DNA of 64,000 nucleotides from Octopus sinensis. Taxonomy: Eukaryota. The position numbers and the translations under genes are program-made. Under the pieces are notes generated by a model. It was not told where the DNA came from. It did no database searches and saw only the letters and a program-made list of their open reading frames with translations. The stretch is from NCBI RefSeq assembly GCF_006345805.1, contig NC_043010.1, forward strand, positions 52,142,001 through 52,206,000, given 5' to 3'. Positions 13,875 to 26,289 of this stretch are shown in pieces (the stretch's first letter is position 1; the number at the start of each line of letters is the position of its first letter).

Positions 13875-14200
13875 AAATAGCAGACAAAATTATTTCAAAT
13901 AGCAACCCTAACCGTTTAAATAGACAACACGTTAGACAATGATATACACATTAGAACGAGATGGTCATGTTTGGAATGCTAATCAGGGTTGACCCGTGGC
14001 GCTCACTTGCTAAAAATAGCAGACAAATCTATTTCAAATAGCAACCCTAACCGTTTAAATAGAAAACACGTTAGACAATGATATACACATTAGAATGAGA
14101 TGGTCATGTTTGGAATGCTAATCAGGGCTGACCCGTGGCGCGCTCACTTGCTAAAAATAGCAGACAAATTTATTTCAAATTGCAACCCTAATCGCTTAAA
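13875..14200. repeat. Tandem array of a 139-141-bp unit (about 2.4 copies) from an abundant dispersed repeat
   Basis: AAATAGCAGACAAA recurs at 13875, 14014 and 14155; the first two units are near-identical. Confidence 0.9.
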
Positions 14201-17200
14201 AAAACAGCAAAAGATAAACCAAACGTCAGCCAGGGATATACAAAAATGGCAAGATGGTCATGTTTGGAAATGCCTTTGCTCGATCAGGACTGACTTATGG
14301 CTAAACATCACCAGCATAATACTATTACTAATGCCTGGCATAGTGCATCAGTTTGAAAACTATGTCGATAAGTCATTGACCTGCACAGATCGTCGCACAC
14401 CAATTTCCCCATCTAAAGTAAACTTGTTTCCCTCCTTCCAAAAGACTCTAGCAGACAGGCGACTACGACTACCTCCCCTTCTTTCTTTTGTTTTTTCTTC
14501 TTGCAGGTTTTTCATATTCGTTTCTGTTCTAATTTTCTAATTTTTCTTTCTCACTCCTATATAATATATAAATGTCTCTTTTAGTCTTCGTTCTGCCTTT
14601 TCAGCCACTTTCTCTAAATGTTTTTTTATTTTATTCTTTCGCTTTTCTTCTACCCACTTTTCTGTCTGTTTCAACTATCTCTTCTTGTTCCATCTCCTTT
14701 CTCCCCTCCTCCTCTTGTGCCTCTTACCTCCTCCTCCTCATCCTTCTGTCTCTTTCCCTCCTCCTCCGCCGCCTCCTACCTCCTCCTTCTTCTGTCTCTT
14801 TCACCCCTCCTCCTCTCTTGTGTCCTCTCCTCCGCTTTCCTATCCATCGTCCTTCGATCTCTACTCTCTTTATTCTTCCTTTGTCAATTGTCCTTTTTAT
14901 TCCTTCTTTCTATTTCTCATTTCCTTTTCCCTTAGATTTTCATCTTTTTACAGACCCCCTTTTTGTACTTTTCCCCTGCATTCTTTTTCTTCAACTTCTC
15001 TTTGCTTTTTCTCCATATTTCACTCCTCTATTTCTCTCTTTTTATCTCCTTTTCCGACTCCACTCTCCTCTCAATTTCTTTCTTCTCTTCATCACATTCC
15101 CTTCACCTTTTAATTCTTTTCTCTACATTTCACACCTTCTGTCTTTTCATTTTCCAAAGTGTGATCGCTCGACCTGCCAGAAACAGCAGCTGAATATTCC
15201 CCAAAACACATTCTGTCATCTTTGAAAGAGGGGGAAGTTACATTGGAAAAATGTAATCTTAAATATATTGTCTGAAAAGAAAATGGGATTGCCACGATTG
15301 GAAACCTTTGAGCATAGATCTGTCTCCTCGTCGATCAAAGCTGATTTGGGGGTTAAACAATAACTTATTTTCCCTTGTTCCTGTTTGGCTTTCTTCCTCC
15401 CTTTTCTCTTTCATTTTTTCCCTTTGCTAATTTCTCTGTTGTTCGCATCATCTTTTTCGCCTTCTCTCTTTTCATTTTCTTTTCTTTTTTCATTTTACTT
15501 CGTCCTCCCTTTTTGCCTGTCTTTCCTTTCATTATCTTTCTCCTCATTTCTCTACTCCTCTCTTTCTATCCTTGTTTCTCTCTTTAAATCATTAGGATAA
15601 ATTATTAAAGATTACTCGTTTTTATTTTCAATGATTTGAAGAATCTGAAGGAAAGAAGAAGGAGGAAAAATATATATTCCAAATTAACCCATTGCCGCTT
15701 TAGGTGTAGTTTTTCATTCACTCATTCATAGCATATATCTGATATCTGTTCGTACGAATGTACTGCTTCAGCTGATGTAGATATTAAGGATTTTTTTTCT
15801 CTTTCCTTTATCTTCTTCCGTCTGTATTTCTTCCACCTTTTTAGAGGAAAACGGTTTGCAACTAACATTTCTTCTCCTCTCTCTCTCTTTCAGTCTTTTT
15901 ACTTTCTGTCGATATTTATGTGATCGATGAGATTTCAATAGGTTTAAAAAAAAAAAGCAAAAAAACTATTACATGGAGAGAGATAGAGAGAGAAGAGTAG
16001 GCGGTTGTGTGGTGCAAGAGGTGATGGCTGCACGTTAAGTAGTTCGCACTATACAATAATGATCATGATGTTGGCAATAATGATGATGCTAATAAATCCT
16101 TTAGCTGCCACAAGGACAAACGAAGACATACTCACAAACTCCCCCCCACCTCTGAAAAAAAAACGCGGTTTATTTTAAAAACAATACTATACAAATAACT
16201 GTGCATGTGTGTGTATATATGAGTGCACGAAACGCATACATAATAAAAATAATTTCAATACTACGACTAATAGTAATAATGTAAATTCGATAATAATCCT
16301 TCGTATGATGATATACTTGAAACTATTTGAGCTATTTATTGGTAAATGCACAGTGGGAAGTTATGTTGGTCATGCATTTCCTTGCAACAGGCATTGGGGA
16401 CTTAAATAAAGCTTTTACACTTTGATAGTAGATAAATATATAGTGTAAGTGCGTGTGTTTAAGATTTAACGCTCACAATTAAGCTTTGGGTTTAGTTATG
16501 TGTTTAAGCGTGTGTAAGGATATGTGTGCACGTTTGCATCTATGTGTAATGTGCATGTGTATGTAATATGGTTGTGTGTGTGTGTGTGTGTGAGAGCGCG
16601 CACACGCACGCACGCGCACATACGTGCCTTCTTTCTCTTTGGCGACGGAGTGTTTGTTTGAAGCTGCTGGTTGTGATTGTGATGATGGAAGGGCGGATGG
16701 ATATCAGTCTGTTTCTTTGTAAGCGTGTGTTTGTATGTGTGCGCGCGCTTCTGTGCGCGTGCCTGTGCATTTCTTCATCCTTTCTCTCAGGCGACGTGAC
16801 GAGAGAGAGAGAGAGAGAGAGAGACAGAGACAGACAGAGAAGGTGGATGGGTGATGGTGATGCTGGAGGTTTCATCACTGAATATTATAAAACTACTATG
16901 CAGTCTCCTTTTAACTGTTGCATCACTTGCCACTGCTTTTTCGCCCATTTTACAAATCAGAACCAGCATTGCAAAAAGCAGCCGATTTAGGTAGATAAGA
17001 ATGGTTTGCTTGCCTGGATTGTCTATGTCGCGATTCGAAGTCGTCTGCCACGCTGCCGAGGTTCACAGACATTTTATTATTATTCTTATTTTTATCATTT
17101 CATTTTATCGTTGTTATTGTTGTGGTCTGATTAGCAGTTATTTGTCATTAAGATGTTTGCTTTTTTTTTTTTAAAATTTCGTTATATGGAATTAAGGGTT

Positions 17201-18354
17201 TCGGTATCAATTAACAGATCCTTCACAATAGTTGTTTATTGTTATAATTAACCAAATAAATATGCACAAAATCCTTTATAATAATTTAGGAATCTCTACA
17301 TGTTAATATTAGCTGTAATTGTTTATATTTTTAAAGTTTGTTATATCGAAATAATTAATGATGATAACGATAACAGGAATTATTTCTGGATCGCTGCATT
17401 GTGCTTGTATGCTCAAGAGAAATAATTGCGCTTTTCTTGCATGAACGATTTATTCACGCCTCATTAGGCCCGAGCTTTTAATATTTTCATCCGAGTCACC
17501 TTAGATATTCTAAGGTGTCATTTTATTTGTTTTCTTGTGTAAATGACAACAGAACACTGAAGTTTGCTTGAATCGGCGTATACATACCTCCTTAAAGTGT
17601 TTCGGAAAACGTATGAAGACTTTTTAAAAAATCATAATAAACCGCTTATTAGTAAAAGATCGCCCAACATTACAGATTAGTATTTATTCTGATATATTTT
17701 TTTTAATGTTTGAAATTAATGCTTAATAATTACGATTCTACATTGTAGAATATGCATTTTTGAAACTAGGGTTACATGTATCACTGATTTTATGGTTTTT
17801 AGAAACCCGTGACTAAGGTTAAGGTGTCATTTTTTTTCTCCTGTTAAATTTCATTTTAACTGTTTAAATTTACCGTCAGCAATGTATTAAGTCTCGATAA
17901 GCCCTGCTGCACCACATCACCTAATATATGTATATATCTATATATATATGAAGCAAAAGCCAATAAAATAAAAGGCTTTAATGCAACATTGAGAAGAAAT
18001 CCTTATTTTGCGTGTTGGTTGTGCAGCAGTAAACTTGACGACTCTGCGATCCAGCTTTTGCTAATCCTAGTCAAAACCTGTCTTCAGTCAGAGAAGCCTT
18101 TTGGCAAATCGCCGAATGCTACAATTTTGCCATTTTCCTCTCATCTAAGAATGCGAGACTTCACGCCTATTTAGAAAGAAAACAAATATACTTGCTACTA
18201 TTAGAACCACCAAGAAAAAAAAAACAATCAAAACAAAAAACAACCTGCTAATATAAATTTTTCGATTAGTTCTAACTACTTCCGTTACTAACCACTACTA
18301 TTTATTTCTACTTTTAGTAGCAGTATTATTATTACTATTAACTAATGCAATTAC

Positions 18355-18475
18355 CACTGCTGCTGGTTTAGGCGATACCACCGACTCCACCTCCTGTTGC
18401 ATTTTAAAGTTGCCTTTGGCTTTCTCTCTCCATCTTCCATTCAGGTCTTGAATGATGTGAGAATGGGGTACTTTA
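18355..18475 (-). other. Candidate exon of an unidentified minus-strand gene
   Basis: Acceptor tttcctttttttttttcttAG and donor GTG|GTAATT. One frame is open throughout, with AAAATG giving MQQEVESVVSPKPAAV. No homology recognised. Confidence 0.35.
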
Positions 18476-19989
18476 CTAAGAAAAAAAAAAGGAAATTCTA
18501 GCCTTCTGTTACTGTATGGATTTTTGTTAAACAAAAACAATTCTTTACAACAGTTCTAACGAAGAAAAAAAAAAAAAGAAACCGGAAAACCTGTAATATG
18601 ATTTTGTTAAGCCTTTTGTTACCATATTTCAATTATTTTTTTAAAAAACAATAGATTTAATAAAATAACTTTGTCTTTGTTATGCGGTGTTTGGAACAAA
18701 AATTAACACGCAATTTTGATAGAAGGTTTTAATTTAAAACCATATTAAAACAAAGAATTTCGCATCATAAATCCAGGGTGTCGTCTTGGGCGAGTTGGTA
18801 TCAAAAGGGTTAAGTTAGAAATTCGCAACTTTTCTCTTTCTTTCTGTTCTTTTCCTTTTCACTTTCTTCATTCTTCCAATTTCTCTTTTTTTTCTTTATC
18901 TGGAAATATTATTATTGATAGTAATCAATATTTCTTTCATTGACTGCAAGAACAAGAGAGACGTCTGTATAACATCGATATGCTAACGTTATTATAACAA
19001 CACTCATAAATAATTTCTTTCTGTGTTCTTTCTCTTAATTCATTTTTCCATTTCTATTCCACCCCCATCGCATGTTCTCTTCAGTTCTTGCATTTCTCCC
19101 CAGTCTCTTATTTTCTCTTCCTTTTTCCTTCGTCTCCCTTTCTTTACGATGATTTCTTCTGCTTTTCTCACTATTTTCCTCTTTCTTTCCTCGTTGTTTT
19201 CCTTCATCTCCCTCTTATTCTGCTTCTTCTTTCCCTGTCCTTTTTAATTCTTGCCGCTCTCACCCCTTTTGACTTTCATATAAGGTTGTATTTTCTATGT
19301 ACGTTAGAAATTATTTTCCTTTCTCTGAAATTAAATATAATTTTTTAAAAAAGATTTCGAATACATTTTATAATGATAACATAATTAACGAAAATAACAA
19401 ATTAATAAACCCAAAAGCGCTCCATCCATGAGCTCTATTTTAAGACAGTGTTACTACTAGCTCCTGGCCAGTGCTTGAGAAATGCAATGAATCCTTTACT
19501 TAAAACTATAATTAAAGGGTATTCGGCTGCTATTATTAGCAGGTCGTGATTTAATCATTGCGATGATAATGATCACCATATCGATTTTTTTAATTTTAAA
19601 TTCAAGTTCCTGTAAGGTATACCGGACTAATAAATTCATGTGAAATTAAATTATATCATTTTTAAACGTGTAATATACTTTCATTTAAAAAATGTTATGT
19701 ATATTTGTACAGCTTTTAAAAACAACGAAATGATTTAATGTATGCGTTTACTCAAAAATGTGTGTTGAATGTGTACGTATGCTTGTTTTGATTAAATCAG
19801 AGTAATTTGTTTTGTTTTAGCGCGAGGTTAGCCCTGATGGGGCTGGCCTTGTGGTCTAATTAATGCTTTTTCAGTCGTCCAATGTCTACCTCTTACTTTT
19901 TTTAAAAGTGGTAGGATGGGGGCTTGAGTAATTTTGCTGCTATTTCTAGTAACTCGTGCAATCACTTACGACCCTGCTCGTTGACTCCA

Positions 19990-20180
19990 TTTATTGTGCG
20001 TGTCTGTGCGATTTAATTCCATTGGATTCGTCTGTGCATGCGCATGCGTACACGCGCGCTCTACTTTTGGGTATCTACGTTGCTTGGTTGTAGGTTTATG
20101 GTAGTATACGTCTCAAAATGTTTTCCTTTGTATTTCTATTGGTGCGTTTACACGCGCGCACGCGCACTTACACACACAAT
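19990..20180. promoter_or_regulatory. Candidate CpG-rich promoter with an NRF1/Ewg-type motif
   Basis: TGCGCATGCG at 20039-20048 plus ACACGCGCG runs, at the edge between a CpG-rich and a CpG-poor domain. Confidence 0.35.
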
Positions 20181-21914
20181 ATTGTCCAAACGTTAAAGAT
20201 AGTGTTTTAGCAGTTACATAATTCCTAAAACAGCATGTTGTCACTAGTTTATTACACCAGTTGTCTTTGTAACCCTTACCTAACCTTGTTCTCGTACACC
20301 TATAATGAAAGGCGTTTTAGCTGTGACCATTCTGTTTTTTTTCTTCTTTCCACATCAGGAACTGCATTGGTCAGTGTGTCCTTTGGCGGTAGGGGACATA
20401 TTTGATTTCTGGGAGATTTGGTTGTTATTTCTAGTATTGTGAGCGACTGCATTGAAGCTCCTTTATTGGGCTGTGGCTTTGCAGGAAATCTTAAATGTAA
20501 GATTTAAAATGGTACATCCTGAAAGGATTATAGGAAGAATTATTAGAATGCCATCTTTTATCTTTTTCAATCATTGGATTACGGTCAAGCTGGGGCCCTA
20601 CCTTGAGGGGTTTTAGTTGAACAAATCAACCCCAATACTTTTTGTTTTCAAAGTCTGGTACTTGTTTTCTCTCTTTTGCCAAACTGCTAAGTTACAGGGG
20701 GCATAGTGGTGGGAGACAAATGCAAAAAAGATGCATAACACACACACACACGTATGTGATTCCACACACTTTCCACCATCATCATCATCATATTCAACGT
20801 CCGCTTTCCATGCTAGCATGGGTTGGACGATTTGACCGAGGACTGGCGAACCAAATGGCCGCACCAGGCTCCAATCTGATCTAGCAGAGTTTCTACAGCT
20901 GGATGCCCTTCCTAACGTCATCTATCAAAATATTCTTCAGCATGTTTAATAATAGCAGTCAAGTGGTCACATTTGCTGAATTTTGAGTGAAAAGAATATT
21001 TCACCTGCTTTGACGTAACAATCACAAGAAAGAAATGGAGTAGAAATATTTCTCATCTATTATATTTTGAGTGCAAAATCTCCTTCCCCATACAGCCCTG
21101 CTAACCCTAACCCCACTTGGACCCCTAGTTCCACAGTCCCAGTACTCTTCTATTCACCTCCTACCTTGAGGAGACACCTGGTACTTGCAGTTCCTACTGA
21201 CTGTTCTCATTCTCTCTCCTAAAGGTGAGTAGCCATGCTGCTCCTTTACAAGAACCTACTCCCTTCTCTCCTCTCGTACTTTGTGCTCTCATCTCAAATG
21301 CTGTTCCCTCCTCCATTGTAGTCTTGCGAGCAGCATGGCCACCTCATTACTGCCAGTGATATGAAAAAAATGTACCCAGTATACATTGTAAAGTAGTTAG
21401 TATTAGAAAGAGCATCCAGCTGTAGAAACTGTACCAAAGTAGACACTGGAGCACAATGCAATCTTGTCAAACTGTCCAAACCCATGACAGTATGAAACAT
21501 AGGAACTGAATGATGATGATGATGACAAATGCTAATATTTTTAATTATTTTCCTGGTTAATATAAATAAAGTTCAAAACCTTTTGCACAGAAAAGAATTC
21601 CCTTGAGCTGATTTATCTTGTATGAAGTACACAAACCATTCTTACTATGGAATATAATATAGGAAAACTGTTATTATTATCTACTTGCAAACTGAAATCA
21701 TCATTATTGTTCTTGTAATTTTTTCAATGTGTGCTTTATATTAAGTTTTATCTAGCTGTTTGTATATGTGCATCTCATTGCAGATTGCTTCTGCAGTGAA
21801 GAGTAGCGAGTGATTTCATTGGTAAGAAAGATTAAGATGAATCTGATTTTGTTGAAAATGCTGCTCTGTTGATAGTTAAGTTAATTTTTTGGCTCAAAAA
21901 GCAAGGCCATGTAG

Positions 21915-22085
21915 GGGGACATGGAGTTATGTACAGGGGTGTTCATGCAAAGAGTTCAGGCCATTTCTGGTCAAGAGAGGCTTTGAACCGAGCGGTCGTC
22001 GGCATCTTCACTATCTTGTCCGGCAGCTTATTCCACGGATCCGCAACCCGGATGGAGAAAGCCCCTCTGTACCCAGTTTTGTTTT
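21915..22085 (-). mobile_element. CR1/L2-type LINE 3' fragment
   Basis: Minus strand reads GAFSIRVADPWNKLPDKIVKMPTTARFKASLD, the FSxRVVxxWNxLP...FKxxLD motif at the end of CR1 ORF2. Confidence 0.8.
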
Positions 22086-22775
22086 TGTGAATGTGCTGTA
22101 AAATTAGAAAATAACGAGGAACATGTACAGTCATTGCAGATTGCTTCTGCAGTGAAGAGTAGCAAATGATTCCATTGGTAAGAGAGATTAAGATGAATCT
22201 GATTTTGTTGAAAATGCTGCTCTGTTGATGTCGCTGTGTACCCAGTTTTCTCTTTGTGAATGTGCTGTAAAATTAGAAAATCACGAGGAATATGTATTTT
22301 TCTCTTTCCTGTTGGAATATTCTTTTATCCAAAATAGTCGAGAAGGGAATTGCTGCAGATTATTTTCAGACATTTGGATGAATGTATGTTTCTTCATCAT
22401 TCAACATCCACTTTTCCATGCTCTTCTCAGTTGGACAGAATTTGTTGAGGCAGATTTTTCTATGGTTGGATGCTTTTCCTGTTGCCAACCTTCATCTCTT
22501 TCTAAGTAAGGTAATGTTTCTCCATAATGAGACATATCTTGGAAGACTGGAAACTTAAGATACTGCTTCCCTGATGATGACACTTGCTTACAACTATCAA
22601 GTAGTATCAAGCCAAGGAGGAAGTAACATAAACACATGCACTTATATACATATATACAACAGGTTTCTGTCAGCCAAATTTACTCACAAGGCTTTGGTTA
22701 GCCTGGGGCTATAGTAGAAGACACTTGTGGGACTGAACTGGAAAACATGTTTGGGAAGCAAATTCTTACTACATA

Positions 22776-23319
22776 CCGTAAATCCTCTAGTATAATCCGC
22801 ATTTTCCCCCCAAAATTTAAAGGTCACTTGCATCTTTCATATATGTATGTATGTGTGTATATGTTTGTGCCCCCAACATCACTTGAAAAATATTTTCTAA
22901 GCAATGTCCGAGTCTCTATTTGCTGTCCGGCGATGTTTATTCAGACGCATTTTGTGATGTTGGGCGCAAAAATACCTTAAGCTAAGCCTGAAAGCAATGA
23001 AGTCATAAAAGAATCACTCATAACTTGCAGTAAGCAACATTTATTAAAATAAAAGTATTCAGAACACAGAATAACATGTAACAAAAACAATTTGCAAACA
23101 TATTTACATTCCCATATAACAGTTAAGAACATTACCACTATTGTATTACGCATGTGCGGAAGTGTTTGTTCGACTAGCTGCTGCTGGCTTAATTATACAC
23201 GACTCAAGTTAGAGAAGGGGTGCGTATTATACACAAGGTTTAGGTTTTTCAGAGGTACAGCCTCCTAAAAAACCCCTGCATATTATACTCAAAGGTGGAC
23301 TATACTCGAGGATTTACAG
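22776..23319. mobile_element. Tc1/mariner (pogo-like) non-autonomous element
   Basis: TA|CCGTAAATCCTCTAGTATAATCCGC at the left end and the inverted GTGGACTATACTCGAGGATTTACAG at the right end. Confidence 0.65.
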
Positions 23320-23759
23320 AAGTCATGCTTCTAATTCTAAACACTTATATTTCATAATACAGCTTATACAAATCTAGTGAAGGTAGTTTATAAAAGTTGG
23401 ATGCTAGTCCAGTTTAGCACAATGTTTCAATTTATGAATATTCCGTTTTTCACCCCCCCCCACACACAATTGCTTATTATTCATAAAAAAACTTGTAGCT
23501 TGTCAGCTGCATGTTACTTTGATTTTGCATGCTTCCATTTTATGTCTGTCTGCAGCCCCCTTCATCCCCACTCTTTTAAAAAAAAACTTTTTCATGTGGT
23601 TAAGAAGCGTACTTTGCAATCAATTGGTTCTGGATTCAATCCCAGTTTGTGACACCTTGGACAAGCGTCTTCCACTGGAGTCCTTAAGTGACCAAGGCCT
23701 TGTAAGTGAATTTTGTAGCTAGAAACTGCATAGAAGCTTTATATATATATATTCTTTTC

Positions 23760-23962
23760 TACTCTAGGCACAAGGTCCGAACTTTTTGGGGAAGTGGGGG
23801 CAGTCAATTAGATTGACACTAGTACGCAACTGGTACTTAATTCATCGACTCTGAAAGGACGAAAGGCAAAGTCAACCTCTGCGGAATTTGAAGTCAGAAC
23901 ATAAAGACAGACGAAATACCGTTAAGCATTTCGCCCGGCGTTCTAATGTTTCTGCCAGCTTG
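23760..23962 (-). mobile_element. SINE family B, head-to-head with the family A copy at 23982
   Basis: Reverse complement of the family B head and body. Confidence 0.85.
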
Positions 23963-23981
23963 CCTTATATATATATATATA

Positions 23982-24130
23982 GGTGTGAGAGTAGCTGTGT
24001 GGTAAGTAGCTTGGGTATGAACCACATGGTTCCAGTTGAGTCCCACTGCCTGGCATCTCGGGCAAGTGTCTTCTATTGTAGCCTTGTGAGTGGATTTGAT
24101 AGATGGAAACTGAAAGAAGCCCGTCATATA

Positions 24131-24163
<33 letters not shown>

Positions 24164-24380
24164 GTATGTGTGCGTGTATATGTTTGTGTGTGTTTGTCCC
24201 CCCAACATCGCTTGACAACCGATGCTGGTGTGTTTATGTTCCCATAAACTTGCAGTTCGGCAAAAAGAGACCGATAGAATAAGTACTAGGCTTACAAAGA
24301 ATAAGTCCTGGGGTTGATTTGCTCGACTAAAGGTGGTGCTCCAGCATGGCCACAGTCAAATGACTGAAACAGATAAAAGA
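23982..24380 (+). mobile_element. SINE family A
   Basis: Colinear with the 33207 copy. Confidence 0.88.
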
Positions 24381-24649
24381 ATATATATATAAATTTAAAT
24401 AATGAGAGTGATAAATTGAATATTAATTTAATTAACATCAATTTAAAACCAGTAGCCTAGCATATAGAAAAATCTGGGGTGGCGATCTCTGCTGTACTCT
24501 TCCGCCACAACTTTCTCTCACTCTTTCTTCTGTTGGCCTGCTCGCTTAGTCTCGGGGTAGTGTCATTTGAAGGCTAAAACAATGCGAAGCGCATTGTGAC
24601 CAGTGATGTGTAGCAACATCTGAGAGCCTGGTCGGTCACGATGATCACG

Positions 24650-24698
<49 letters not shown>

Positions 24699-24922
24699 AG
24701 GGGATTGGTCTGCAGGAGTCTTGTGCCATGTAAAAAGCGCTCATGCTAGTGCTGCATTAAAAGCACCCAGCACATAATGTAGAATTGTTGGCATTAGGAA
24801 GGGCATCCAGCTGTAGAAACCGAACCAAATTAGACTAGAACCTGGTGCAGCTCTCTAGCTTGCCAGCTCTGGTCAAACTGTCCAGCCCATGCCAGCATGG
24901 AAAACAGATGTTAAAGGATGAT

Positions 24923-24974
<52 letters not shown>

Positions 24975-25670
24975 CTTTTTTGTTGTTCCCCCAACTTCGA
25001 AACTTTGACAATTAGTATTGGTTTGTTTACATCCTTGTAGAGACTGAATGGAATAGGTATCAAACTTGAGAATCAGTATTGAGGTTGATTTGGCTAAATC
25101 CTTGAAGGTGGTGCCCCAGCATTGGCTGCAGTCCAAGTGGCTGAAACAAGTAAAACGTAAGATAAATTGATAAATAAGAGAAAAGGTAGTTAGTTTACTT
25201 TTGTTACATTTTCTGAGACAACATTGTAACATTTAAACATTTTTGATAATGAAATATATAATATTGTGTAAATGTCTGCATATGTTTCTGTGCATACATA
25301 TGTGTGTGTGTATGTGTGCTTTTATAAGTGTGTGTAACATGCAATCAAATATGCATGTAAGAAATAGGTGCTTCATAGAAGTCTATTACTTTTGACAACG
25401 ATTTGGCTTTACTGAATATCAAAACAAAAATATTCAAGATGGCTACTCCATGTAATGTTACAGAAAATGGGGAAACCTAAATGAAGAAATGCAAAGTGCT
25501 AGGAGCAATAATTGCAGAAATCATTTGGCCAGTTTCTGCCTCCTTATTGTACAGTAAGGTATTGTGAGATCAGACATTAAAAGCCACAAAGAGTGGAGTT
25601 AATAAAGTAAGTGTAGATGAGGTTATTGTCTGTGGATGCAATTTAATAACCCTATATCTAGTCTTTCTGT

Positions 25671-25975
25671 GGAGGCTCAATGGCCCAGTGGTTAAGGCAG
25701 CGGACTCGCAGTCATAGGATTGCAGTTTCGATTCCCAGACCGGGCGTTGTGAGTGTTTATTGAGCGAAAACACCTAAAGCTCCACGAGGCTCCAGCAGGG
25801 GGTGGTGGTGGTCCCTGCTGTACTCTTTCGCCACAACTTTCTCTCACTCTTTCTTCTGTTGGCTTGCTCGCTTAGCCAGTGGGGTGGCATCATTTGAAGG
25901 CTAAAACAATGTGAAGTGCATTGTGACCAGGGATGTGTACCAACTTTGATAGCCTGGTCGGTCGCGGTGATATCT
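25671..25975 (+). mobile_element. tRNA-derived SINE family D
   Basis: A-box TGGCCCAGTGG and B-box GTTTCGATTCC followed by a non-tRNA body; relatives at 48194-48490 and 24480-24655. Confidence 0.8.
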
Positions 25976-26289
25976 AGTCTTTCTACTGAAACTCACAAAT
26001 CCATATAAAGTTAGTGATAGTGGATGAGTAAAGACAGCATCATAAAGGTTAGATAGGAAGGACAACAGCAAAAAAAAAAAGGGGTTGAATTTAAGAAGCA
26101 GAAAGAGAGGAAAAAGGAAAATATGGCGTCTCATTCATAATAAAGTGGTTCCCTAAGATGGGGTGTGATCCTGATGTTGGGCTTCTCAGTTGCTCAATAT
26201 GTATCTATTTGCACGAGGATATTTTATATTTTCATTTTTGGGGCTGAGATAATAATTTAAGGCTTTTAATACCATGTACAATTTCTGTC

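Noticed and set aside
14572-15225. 217-aa and neighbouring F/L/S/P-rich ORFs (also 19023-19348, 27758-28415, 30136-30663)
   Set aside because: These are by-products of polypyrimidine tracts, which lack stop codons on the + strand.
16568-16990. 140-aa + strand ORF with flanking splice-like signals (16790-16990)
   Set aside because: It is largely GT/GA microsatellite translation and ends in a stop at the putative donor. There is no phase-compatible partner exon or recognisable homology.
25671-25750. tRNA gene-like sequence (also the heads of SINE families A, B and E)
   Set aside because: A/B boxes are present, but there is no closing acceptor stem and each continues into a repeated non-tRNA body. 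These are SINE heads.
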